From an uncultured Verrucomicrobiae bacterium (GTDB lineage: Bacteria; Verrucomicrobiota; Verrucomicrobiia; Limisphaerales; UBA11358), in NCBI GenBank assembly GCA_963806905.1, contig CAWEAA010000008.1:462395-526394 (forward strand): DNA of 64,000 bases. Reading direction: 5' to 3'. The position numbers were made by a program, and so were the translations under genes. The notes under the pieces were generated by a model. It worked only from the letters and a program-made list of their open reading frames with translations. It ran no database searches and was not told the DNA's origin. Position 1 is the first letter of the stretch, and the number at the start of each line of letters is the position of its first letter. Below, piece after piece: positions 18,608 to 26,281 of this stretch.

Positions 18608-19282
18608 ATGCCCGACTATTCACTCCCCAGTTGCATCACGCTGATCTTCGGCAAGGGCGGTAGTTGCAAAACCACTTTTGCTTTCGCGTACCTGCTCAAC
18701 GTGCTTGCCGCCTGCCGTTTCATCTTCGACGATCGCGGCCAGGCTTCCACCAGATTAAAGCTCAAAGCTTGCACAACGCTCCGTGATCTCGAGCTAGCGC
18801 TTCTCACCCGTTGGGTCTGTTTCAATCCTCACATCATGTTCCCTGGAGCAAGACTCCCGGACGGATTCCTTTGGTTCCTGAACTGGGTGTTTGAAGTCAG
18901 CAAACGTGGACCGGGAAAAAAAATCCTGTTTGTGGATGAGCTCTGGCAATGGTCCAACTCACGCCGGCCGGTCCCGCCCGAATTGGAGAACGTGATCCGG
19001 ACCGGACGCACTGAAGGCCTCGAGCTTCTGTCCGCCACTCATAGCCCGCGGGAATATCACGAGCTCATCCGGAGCCAGGCAACCGAGTTTATCGCGTTCA
19101 ATACGATCGAGCCGGCGCAACTGGAGTCCATCGAGCCGTATTGGTCCGGAGTGGAAGCCGCGGCGAGACTGCAGGCGGGACAATTTCTCGCTTACGATCG
19201 CAACTCAGGCGGGACCGCGGCCGGGATGCTCGAGCCGGGATGGCCACCAGGAAGATTTTTGCCCGTTGAAGTCAGTCCGTAG
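18608..19282 (+). CDS. FtsK/HerA-superfamily genome-packaging ATPase (A32/PM2 P9-like, 224 aa)
   Basis: Walker A GKGGSCKT near the N-terminus, FIFD, Walker B ILFVDE, arginine-finger RTGRTEG, SATHSP, IRSQAT. No TM segment. Confidence 0.85.
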   Translation: MPDYSLPSCITLIFGKGGSCKTTFAFAYLLNVLAACRFIFDDRGQASTRLKLKACTTLRDLELALLTRWVCFNPHIMFPGARLPDGFLWFLNWVFEVSKRGPGKKILFVDELWQWSNSRRPVPPELENVIRTGRTEGLELLSATHSPREYHELIRSQATEFIAFNTIEPAQLESIEPYWSGVEAAARLQAGQFLAYDRNSGGTAAGMLEPGWPPGRFLPVEVSP

Positions 19283-19604
19283 CTGCCAGGCGGAACACGT
19301 CCCTGATTTTCGCCCGGATCTCGCGCCGGCGTTCGAGGCTGACGTGCCCTTTGCGTCCAAAAATTTTACTGCTGTCCAAAAGATAGATCACCGAGCAGTC
19401 GCAGAAGGTTTCCCAATCGAGCCCGTCCTCACCGTTCAGCAAAACCTCGTGTCCTTTGGGGCCTCGACTCTGACGCTGGCTCGTGCAAAAAAGCGCATTG
19501 ACGACTGAGGCATTGGCGCAGAGCCTAGGATGCGAGACCAGAACGACCGGGTGCTCCCCTTTTTTGTCAAACTTGAACTGCCAAACGTCGAATTGGTCCT
19601 TCAC
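19272..19604 (-). CDS. PemK/MazF-like toxin
   Basis: DVWQFKF..HPVVLVS..CTS..HEVLL...GL...C...G.VS pattern, 110 aa, coupled to upstream small gene. Confidence 0.75.
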   Translation of the reverse strand: MKDQFDVWQFKFDKKGEHPVVLVSHPRLCANASVVNALFCTSQRQSRGPKGHEVLLNGEDGLDWETFCDCSVIYLLDSSKIFGRKGHVSLERRREIRAKIRDVFRLAATD

Positions 19605-19828
19605 TCAGGGACCTCCAGGCTCGAGGCTTTAGCCAGTTCGAGCAGTTCGCGGTTACGCGCCGGCGTAATGCCGAAGTCATAATCCGGCGGGAATGGTTCC
19701 TTCGTCTCTGCCCGGACCACTGTGAGCGTGTAGGACCCATCCCCGTGGTCTTCGTAGGCGAGTTTCTGCCGGGGTTTGGCGGACGGCAGCCGGACTCTCT
19801 GGTAATCGTCAACTGTGAGCGTTTTCAC
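19601..19828 (-). CDS. AbrB/MazE-like antitoxin
   Basis: TVDDYQRVRLP swapped-hairpin pattern, GTGA overlap with toxin. Confidence 0.7.
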   Translation of the reverse strand: MKTLTVDDYQRVRLPSAKPRQKLAYEDHGDGSYTLTVVRAETKEPFPPDYDFGITPARNRELLELAKASSLEVPE

Positions 19829-19863
19829 AGCGGTAATTTACCGCATTGCAGGACCATTTTCAA
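19829..19863 (-). promoter_or_regulatory. Sigma70-like promoter with palindromic operator, leaderless arrangement
   Basis: Minus strand TTGAAA-17 nt-TAAATT-6 nt-GTG. Palindrome GCGGTAA-T-TTACCGC at 19830-19844 covers the -10. Confidence 0.7.
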
Positions 19864-19969
19864 GGGGATAAGCGGATGGGTTAAGCGGACGTTTTGGAGG
19901 GGGTTTTTCCGGGGGGTAAGGCGGACAGATGCTCCGGATCCGGCTCTCCCAAGCTCAAAAAAGGGGGGG

Positions 19970-20251
19970 TTACATGGACGCCGGCCGTGGAAGTTGTCCG
20001 GCTATTTCCGCCGCCTCGAGGTCCTCCAGGCGCCACAAAGGCTGTCCACCTAACCTCACCGGCCGCGGGAAATGGCCGCTGGCAATCTTCCGGTCCAGCG
20101 TGGCCCGGGACCAGCCGTATCGGGCCTGCACGTCCTTCTTGTGCAGCCGGGGAACGTTCAGGATGAGCCGCTGCAGGCGTTGGACGGTCTCCTGGAGGGT
20201 GCGGATACCCCGGGAGAGTTCTTCCGGGCTCATTAACGCTGTAGCAGTCAT
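19970..20251 (-). CDS. AlpA-family HTH (excisionase/regulator)
   Basis: DVQARYGWSRATLDRKIASGHFPRPVRLGG..LWRLEDL. Confidence 0.88.
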   Translation of the reverse strand: MTATALMSPEELSRGIRTLQETVQRLQRLILNVPRLHKKDVQARYGWSRATLDRKIASGHFPRPVRLGGQPLWRLEDLEAAEIAGQLPRPASM

Positions 20252-20508
20252 GGACGGCTGCTTTGCATCGGCTGTGCCAAAAAAGTGGACCGGGCATCGA
20301 CCCGGTCCGTGTCGTCCTGGTATGGGGCTTTCTCCACGGCCTCCTTGAATTCATAACGGAAAGCCGCCGCTTCCACCTCTTCCATCGCGTCCAGTCGAAG
20401 GATCTTCAGCAGCGGCGGCAAAAGCAAACACAACGCCTCACACGTGTCCCGGTCCCGGCATTTCGCCGCTTCAAAATGCAGAAACCGGATGGCGTTTTGT
20501 GTTGTCAT
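20248..20508 (-). CDS. Prophage hypothetical protein (86 aa)
   Basis: ATGA coupling at both ends. Confidence 0.65.
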   Translation of the reverse strand: MTTQNAIRFLHFEAAKCRDRDTCEALCLLLPPLLKILRLDAMEEVEAAAFRYEFKEAVEKAPYQDDTDRVDARSTFLAQPMQSSRP

Positions 20509-20657
20509 TTTTCGGCCAGCCATTGGCAAAAACCGTAAACGGCTTTGCGCACGAGCTCGGCAACAAGAGCCAGGGGAAACAGGCACGTCACCAGGACCAG
20601 ACTGAAAAACGCCCAGCCCAGGGATTCATCCGAGTTGCGGTGGACCTGGATGTTCAC
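20505..20657 (-). CDS. Small prophage membrane protein (50 aa)
   Basis: MNIQVHRNSDESLGWAFFSLVLVTCLFPLALVAELVRK..., GTGA/ATGA coupling. Confidence 0.65.
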   Translation of the reverse strand: MNIQVHRNSDESLGWAFFSLVLVTCLFPLALVAELVRKAVYGFCQWLAEK

Positions 20658-20857
20658 GCCCTCTCCTTTCCCAAAGCGATTGCACTCTCTTGTTCCTCGA
20701 ACAGATCTCTAAACCTGTGCAGCTTCGCCTGGAAGTGGTCCGGAGCATTCTCGGCAATGATGATCCTCCCTCCCTCGCTCCTCGGCACAACCCAACCCTG
20801 GCTGTAGCCGAAGCGGAGCAGGTTGAAAAATTTGTGCAGCCGTTGCTCCCTCGTCAT
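20654..20857 (-). CDS. Prophage hypothetical protein (67 aa)
   Basis: MTREQRLHKFF..., AGGAGG RBS, ATGA overlap. Confidence 0.7.
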   Translation of the reverse strand: MTREQRLHKFFNLLRFGYSQGWVVPRSEGGRIIIAENAPDHFQAKLHRFRDLFEEQESAIALGKERA

Positions 20858-21051
20858 GTGATCCTCCTTTTTAGAGCGTGCGGACGCCTGCTCCCATCGG
20901 AAAGTGGCAACCTGTATTCCCGGCGCGTTTTCGGATCCACACATGCCGAGCAGAGATCTTCCTCTACCCACTGACAGGTTAAGCCGGTCTTTCGATGAAC
21001 GCAGGCGTTGTAGTAACTACAGCCGCATTTGCGGCAACGCTTTTTTTTCAT
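20854..21051 (-). CDS. Small Cys-rich zinc-finger phage protein
   Basis: CRKCGC....AC...C.WV..DLCSAC. Confidence 0.78.
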   Translation of the reverse strand: MKKKRCRKCGCSYYNACVHRKTGLTCQWVEEDLCSACVDPKTRREYRLPLSDGSRRPHALKRRIT

Positions 21052-21350
21052 GGGGCTTCCGGTCGTAGCACCTGATCGACAGGCGGGTTCCAGACGATGT
21101 GATGGCCACGGCAGCGGTCGCAGTGCGCCGGCTGCCCGTTCTCACCCTCGACGCGCTCACACATCGCGTCGCAGTCCGTGCAATACCAGAAGCCCTTCAA
21201 GAGCACCGTCTCGATTTTGCGTTTCAACTGATCGCGGATCAGGTCCACGTCCTCCAGCCGCGCCGGCTGGAGTGGACGCGGCAAAGGCCGCGGCGTTACG
21301 ATTCGATAGTTGCGCAGCGGTAGCTGCGCTTGATATGTTTTCGTTGTCAT
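21048..21350 (-). CDS. Zinc-ribbon phage protein (100 aa)
   Basis: CTDC...CDRC. Confidence 0.72.
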   Translation of the reverse strand: MTTKTYQAQLPLRNYRIVTPRPLPRPLQPARLEDVDLIRDQLKRKIETVLLKGFWYCTDCDAMCERVEGENGQPAHCDRCRGHHIVWNPPVDQVLRPEAP

Positions 21351-21396
21351 TCGGTTTTTTGGTTGTGCCGGGGGCGTGAGTGCCCCCGGCAAATTT

Positions 21397-22551
21397 TCAG
21401 GTTCGCGCCGCAGTCCCCCCCGCGGCTTTTTGTTGGCGTGCGGCCAGCGCCTTGTCTGCCGCCTCGCGCGAGATCGGCGCGCCGCCGAAGATAAACCACA
21501 CTCCTTTTTGCGTAGCGAAAGCCGCCGCGCTAGGGCATCGGATGATTTTGTGTTCCTTTACCATCGAGGAGATTTCATCCAGGGTGGATCGTGCAACGGT
21601 TGGATTCAGGCGATGTGCAAGACGCCAGCAGGCCCCGAACTCGGCCAGTTCCTTTTTGCTCGCGCCCTGGCGCCAATTTTCGATCACAGTACCAACGTCG
21701 AGCAGGAAGAGATTTTCAGCGTTGAGTTTTTTTGCCCCACCAGCCGTCTTAGAGGCGTTAAAATCCGTTGAACGCTTAAAGAATTTCCTCCCTCCTGATG
21801 GTTTTAACGCTGGAGTCTCCCTTATATGGCCGTCAATGGCGGTTCGATCAACCGGAGATTCACTGCCACAGTGACCGCCGTTGACAGTTGGTGTGACCGC
21901 CATTGACGGTTGGTCTGACCCGGAATTAGCCGGTAAAGAGACCGCCGTTGACGGTTCTTCTGCCCGGACGGCACCGTCACTGTAACCGCCGTTGGCGGTT
22001 GGTGTGACCGCCGCTGGCGGTTGGTCTGACCGAGCAGCATGGCCATTTGCACCGGAATTGACGGTTTTCTGTATTTCTTCGTCACCGACCGCCACTGACG
22101 GTTGGCCTCTTGCGCTCGTTTTCGCCATGATGGCCATGTATTCCTGCCCGGCAAAAGGAAGCTCGGGTTGATCACAAGCGCCGCAGATCCCCCAGCAACA
22201 TTTTGGCCAGCGATTTTGACACCAGATCCAACCAGTCTGGATGAGCTTGTCACGCCAGACGGCAATCGTGTCTTCATCGTGACCGTAAAGGCGTCGAAGG
22301 TCCTTGAGAGAGCAATAGACGCGACCCCACCCATCGCCTCCGAATTTGTTCATGAAAGAGTTATCGGTTAAGACAGTGAAAAGCCACTTTGCCCCAACAA
22401 ACTTCTTTAGACGCTGATCCTGCGAGCAATTTCGCCGTAGCTGAGGCATCATGTTGTTGAGCGCCTCTCTTTTGATTTGCTCTGCCGTTTTCGGCTGTGT
22501 GAGCTCGAAGGCTTTCTGATGGCCGTTGCCGTTCCCGTTGAATTCGTTCAT
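21397..22551 (-). CDS. Putative theta-replication initiator (winged-HTH N-domain, iteron-encoded linker, C-domain)
   Basis: YCSLKDLRRLYGHDEDTIAVWRDKLIQTGWI wHTH pattern. Repetitive central linker encoded by DNA repeats. Confidence 0.7.
   Translation of the reverse strand: MNEFNGNGNGHQKAFELTQPKTAEQIKREALNNMMPQLRRNCSQDQRLKKFVGAKWLFTVLTDNSFMNKFGGDGWGRVYCSLKDLRRLYGHDEDTIAVWRDKLIQTGWIWCQNRWPKCCWGICGACDQPELPFAGQEYMAIMAKTSARGQPSVAVGDEEIQKTVNSGANGHAARSDQPPAAVTPTANGGYSDGAVRAEEPSTAVSLPANSGSDQPSMAVTPTVNGGHCGSESPVDRTAIDGHIRETPALKPSGGRKFFKRSTDFNASKTAGGAKKLNAENLFLLDVGTVIENWRQGASKKELAEFGACWRLAHRLNPTVARSTLDEISSMVKEHKIIRCPSAAAFATQKGVWFIFGGAPISREAADKALAARQQKAAGGTAART
21829..22103. repeat. Iteron-like quasi-palindromic repeats ACCGCCRYTGRCGGTT (putative phage origin)
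   Basis: Copies start at 21874, 21896, 21941, 21985, 22007, 22051 and 22088, with a variant at ~21829. Confidence 0.8.
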
Positions 22552-22754
22552 CGCTGGCCTTTCCCGTTGGTGTGTCCCTTGTGGTTGACTGCAAGCTCGA
22601 TGACGAGCCTGCCGATCTTTTCGGCTGGAAGACGCACAGTCCGATGCCCTCTCCGGATCGTGGTGATCCGGTGTCGCTTCAAGAGTCGCCTGACATTTCG
22701 AGGCGAGCAGTGCAGCGCGATCGCTGCAACGTCATAGGTTATTTCTTTTGTCAT
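22548..22754 (-). CDS. Small HTH protein (Cro/Xis-like, 68 aa)
   Basis: ITYDVAAIALHCSPRNVRRLL, AGGA RBS, ATGA overlap with initiator. Confidence 0.75.
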   Translation of the reverse strand: MTKEITYDVAAIALHCSPRNVRRLLKRHRITTIRRGHRTVRLPAEKIGRLVIELAVNHKGHTNGKGQR

Positions 22755-22899
22755 ATTTGTCCTGTGTTGATTGTTCGTCACGTATAGAGGACCGCGCCGG
22801 CGAGCTGACGGCCGTTTGGCCTGGTTAAACCCCGGCACCGGCGCCGGCGAGCTGAAGGATTTTCAAAAGTGACCGTCTTTAGAGGATGAAAATGAAGCC

Positions 22900-22952
22900 G
22901 CAACGGTTTTGTAAACCGTGGGTCGTCAGTTCAATCCTGACAGCTGGCTCCA
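22900..22952 (+). repeat. attR core (53-bp 3' fragment of tRNA-Thr)
   Basis: gcaacggttttgtaaaccgtgggtcgtcagttcaatcctgacagctggctcca, lacking the tRNA 5' part. Confidence 0.96.
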
Positions 22953-23046
22953 TTTAAAATCAAGGGTTTCCGCGGGTGTCCGTGTTATTATATTGATTTT
23001 GTTCTGTCAAAACTCTGACAAATCGAATTTGTGACGGATGCACAAA

Positions 23047-23070
23047 AAAACCTCCAGAGACGGAGGTTTT
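23047..23070. terminator. Rho-independent terminator-like hairpin (bidirectional)
   Basis: AAAACCTCC-agagac-GGAGGTTTT. Confidence 0.65.
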
Positions 23071-23447
23071 GGGGTTTTGAGGGTGGATTACATTTTGGGA
23101 CGTAATCCCCAAAATTTGTCACGGTCGGTCTTTTTCACCTCCCGAACGTAGTATTTTTTACAAACCTCATTACTGTTTTGGTTGGACTTGGTGAGCGGCA
23201 GATTCGGCGGCAAAGCATCGCACCCGTGGCAAATAGATGGCCGCAGGACGGGTTTTTCGAGCCGCTGCACAACATCGCCGCCCCAGCCCTCGCCGGTCAG
23301 GGTTTGCTACGTTTTTAGCCGCCGAGGCCGCCCAGAAAACCATGCTGTCGAACGGGATTATCTGCCCCTGCTCTGCAACCCAGCCTTCATTCGCTTCGGA
23401 TTTCCACTTGCAGATTTTGCCACCGAATACGGCCTCTAGGTTTCATT

Positions 23448-24545
23448 TCACTGTTCTATATGAAGATTTGCAGGTGGAGAAGGAACGTGATAATTCTGAA
23501 ATTGGCTTAAATTTACAGTCTGAATTTGATAATCCGTCCCCAGATTTAAATTGGTGCTGAAATAGTGCATCATGGGGTTTACCACATTCTGGCTATAAAC
23601 ATAATTTTCTTCCGTTTCAGGAAAAAACCAGTGTCCCAGCAAAACCAGATTAGTGTTTATCAAAGCAGTAATCGGACATCCGCTGTCTCCACCAGTAACA
23701 GGTTGAAGCCAGTTTGTACCTAAATAGTTTGGGTCAACAGGGTCTACGGTTGGAATTTCACTGTTTACAATATCCCCCGACAATACTGCGGCTCCCCACC
23801 CTTGGTCTTGGTGCTTAGCTTCTACTGCAAGATTTGTTATTGGATTTACAATGTAATTCGTAACACTAAGGGGCAACTCTTTGTAAGGATGAACCGTATT
23901 AGTGGGAACGTCTGCGTTAAGTACAAGCAATTGCACGTCGGTTCCAACGAAGTTGGTCGTAGCTATTACCTGCCTAACAACTACATTTCCGTTATCATCT
24001 ACGAAAGCAACCCATGTCCCGACTCCTGTGGGAGCATGGTAACATGTTACCGCATAACAGGGGGCGATTAAATTAACATCTTCTTGGTCAGTAACGTTCG
24101 TGGGGGTTGAGGTTCCAGACCACTTCATCACAGAGGAAGCGGTCTTTTCCGGAGCAAAGCTAAACCAAAAATTAGGGTTAATTGTATATTGAAGATTGGT
24201 TCCATTGGGATACTGGATAAAACTAAACATATTCCAAGCTTCTCCCCAAGTAAGGCCGTTGGTAGAGGCAATAGTGTTAGTCAGTATATTGTTAGCTAGG
24301 TCGGGATAAATAGCGGCTGATGAATGATTACAAATGAATAATATGTATAGGGCGCTCCACGAAACACACTTTTTGCGTGCAATCCCATAGCGAGAAAGCA
24401 GAGCCGTTAGCGGAGCAGTCAGTAGCATCGGAATTCCCAATACAAGCAATAAATCCCGCAATGGTTTCATAATCGTCGAGTGTCCTACCAGCAAAAACAA
24501 AGCCAGCCAGCACAGAAAGCCAAGCATATTGCTGGAACCCCTCAA
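23448..24545 (-). CDS. Trypsin-like serine peptidase, low GC, start uncertain
   Basis: LIAPCYAVTCYH (His), GTDVQLLVL (Asp), GGDSGCP (Ser). Confidence 0.7.
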   Translation of the reverse strand: MRGSSNMLGFLCWLALFLLVGHSTIMKPLRDLLLVLGIPMLLTAPLTALLSRYGIARKKCVSWSALYILFICNHSSAAIYPDLANNILTNTIASTNGLTWGEAWNMFSFIQYPNGTNLQYTINPNFWFSFAPEKTASSVMKWSGTSTPTNVTDQEDVNLIAPCYAVTCYHAPTGVGTWVAFVDDNGNVVVRQVIATTNFVGTDVQLLVLNADVPTNTVHPYKELPLSVTNYIVNPITNLAVEAKHQDQGWGAAVLSGDIVNSEIPTVDPVDPNYLGTNWLQPVTGGDSGCPITALINTNLVLLGHWFFPETEENYVYSQNVVNPMMHYFSTNLNLGTDYQIQTVNLSQFQNYHVPSPPANLHIEQ

Positions 24546-24954
24546 TTTCTGATTGCGGTTGGCGGTCTATCAGCGGGGGCAGCGGAAAGCAAGATGTTTC
24601 GGTTCGGACGGGCTGCATTGCGGTGCCCCGCCGCCCCAGCCTCGCCGGGGTTCTGGCAATTAGGTAGTGTCCTAATTTGAAAATTTCCGCCAGATGATAG
24701 ACACAATAACGACGACTAGGAGGCTCAAATACAACCAAGGGTGGTGATGGTAAAAACGGGTTACTCCACTGTTGTTCCCCCAAAATGCCACCGTTGGATG
24801 CCAAAAATGGTCATGGTCATTTTGCGTAGCCGGTTTTGATGTCTTTGACAGCCCGCACTCACACCGCCGCAATCGCTGACTCCACTGGCGGGATTTCTGG
24901 CAAAAATCCTCGCCGGTGGCTGCCCGATTTGTCAGGCTGTTTTCTCTGCATATT

Positions 24955-25419
24955 TCAAACTATGACTTCATGCAACCGTCCGGCAACATCCGCATCGGGC
25001 TTTCTCCATGCCAGCTTGCCCGTCTTGCCAAGGATACCGACTTGAAAATGTTTGGGACTCATTTTGAATGGCGCATCTTCACTGAACCTCCCGAGAAACT
25101 CGTATGACGACGGCTCCTTCGGAGAAATAGGAATCACCAACATCATGCACATGATATGGTCGCCTGTTAAAATTAACAAGGTCTGCTGCCATTTTTGATT
25201 TTCTGGTTTCAAATACTCTTCTGGCCAATCAATGTTTGGCAAAACTGACGTTTTCCAGTTCAAGGTCAATGTCAACTGTCTGGTGGTGTCCCACTCAGGC
25301 TCTAGTCGCCCGAAATAGGTCTCGAAGAACGCATTGACTCTCTGTTTTGCTTTGAGCGGGTCTTTAGGCCGAATGGCATGACCCCAGCAACTGCTTTTGG
25401 GTGGACGATATGAAAACAT
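24955..25419 (-). CDS. Hypothetical protein (154 aa)
   Basis: Low-GC ORF starting just after the attC-like site. Confidence 0.65.
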   Translation of the reverse strand: MFSYRPPKSSCWGHAIRPKDPLKAKQRVNAFFETYFGRLEPEWDTTRQLTLTLNWKTSVLPNIDWPEEYLKPENQKWQQTLLILTGDHIMCMMLVIPISPKEPSSYEFLGRFSEDAPFKMSPKHFQVGILGKTGKLAWRKPDADVAGRLHEVIV

Positions 25420-25432
25420 AGATGCGTGAGCA

Positions 25433-25483
25433 GCCTAACCACCCAAGCTCAGCGATAGTCGCTGGCTGCGCGATTTGTTGGGC
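25433..25483 (-). other. attC-like recombination site (short/degenerate)
   Basis: Minus strand GCCCAAC-AAATC-GCGCAG..AGCGA cta TCGCT-GAGC-TTGGGTG-GTTAGGC between two co-oriented ORFs. Confidence 0.55.
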
Positions 25484-25531
25484 GTGTCGTTCGATTTCAT
25501 TTCTGGATGGTGCAACCATCGACAAAACACT

Positions 25532-25963
25532 TTATTTCGCGCTGGATAAACTCCAAGAAAGAGCAATCGAACAACCAATCAAAACCGACCCAAAAAAGGC
25601 TGGGCCAATGTAGAAAGTAACATCCCAGAAGCGTTTGCGTTTCCAGTGCCCAATGCCACGTAACTTTTTTTCTTGGCCGAATGCTTCTTCTTCAAGATTG
25701 TAGAGGTAATCTTTAAGCCATCCGATGCAGTACCTGAAAACGAAGTAACGGACGGCACAGAAGGAGAGAAGAATTGGTGGGATACACCAGACGTACCAAG
25801 GCAAATTAGTTTGAATATCCGACTTGTGCAACGGAAGCCATGTATAAACAGCCCCTGCTGCAATAATTGCCCACAACCATGTGCGATGCATCTCATGCTG
25901 ATACAGCGTGATTTCGTCGCGCAACGTTTTGTATACGTCAAGGTGAGACAGTTTGGTATCCAT
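25532..25963 (-). CDS. Hypothetical membrane protein (143 aa)
   Basis: Three hydrophobic segments, low GC. Confidence 0.7.
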   Translation of the reverse strand: MDTKLSHLDVYKTLRDEITLYQHEMHRTWLWAIIAAGAVYTWLPLHKSDIQTNLPWYVWCIPPILLSFCAVRYFVFRYCIGWLKDYLYNLEEEAFGQEKKLRGIGHWKRKRFWDVTFYIGPAFFGSVLIGCSIALSWSLSSAK

Positions 25964-26281
25964 AGCAGCGAGCCCAAGTCCGGTTTCATTTGCTGTCCAG
26001 CCATATCAGTGCACGGCTTTTTATTTTCATTTCACCGGAGGCAGAATTTTCCGTTTCAGCAACCGGCTCAACCTAGCTGCGTAAAAAAACCCAATCCACA
26101 ACCTCGCCGCTGGCTGTTTTGAACGACCGGCTTACCGCATTTTTATTGGTTGGCTGGGTCGAGCGGTTTTTAAGTCTAGGAAGCGTCGGAAGTTTGCCGG
26201 GGATATAACCGCAGCAACCGCCTCTCAAACGCCCGCTCTAGTTGAACCGGGTGGTTGTAGCGGCTTGTTAACCGCTATTCA

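Larger units (their letters stand above)
7687..22952. mobile_element. Integrated tailless double-jelly-roll (PM2/corticovirus-like) prophage, predicted excised circle 15,213 bp
   Basis: 53-bp att repeats, tyrosine integrase, DJR-like MCP, packaging-type ATPase, many small TM proteins, replication initiator. No terminase, portal or tail genes seen. Confidence 0.9.

Noticed and set aside
9363..19282. Inovirus (filamentous phage) interpretation based on many small TM genes and an ATPase
   Set aside because: The ATPase lacks the TM segment of Zot/pI, no HUH initiator is seen, and a 301-aa DJR-like capsid gene is present.
21829..22103. Regularly spaced repeats as a CRISPR array
   Set aside because: The repeats are ~16 bp and degenerate, with 6-29 bp gaps, lie inside an ORF, and no cas genes are present. 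They fit iterons better.
22900..22952. Second functional tRNA-Thr
   Set aside because: The 5' acceptor strand and D-arm are missing, so it is the attR fragment.
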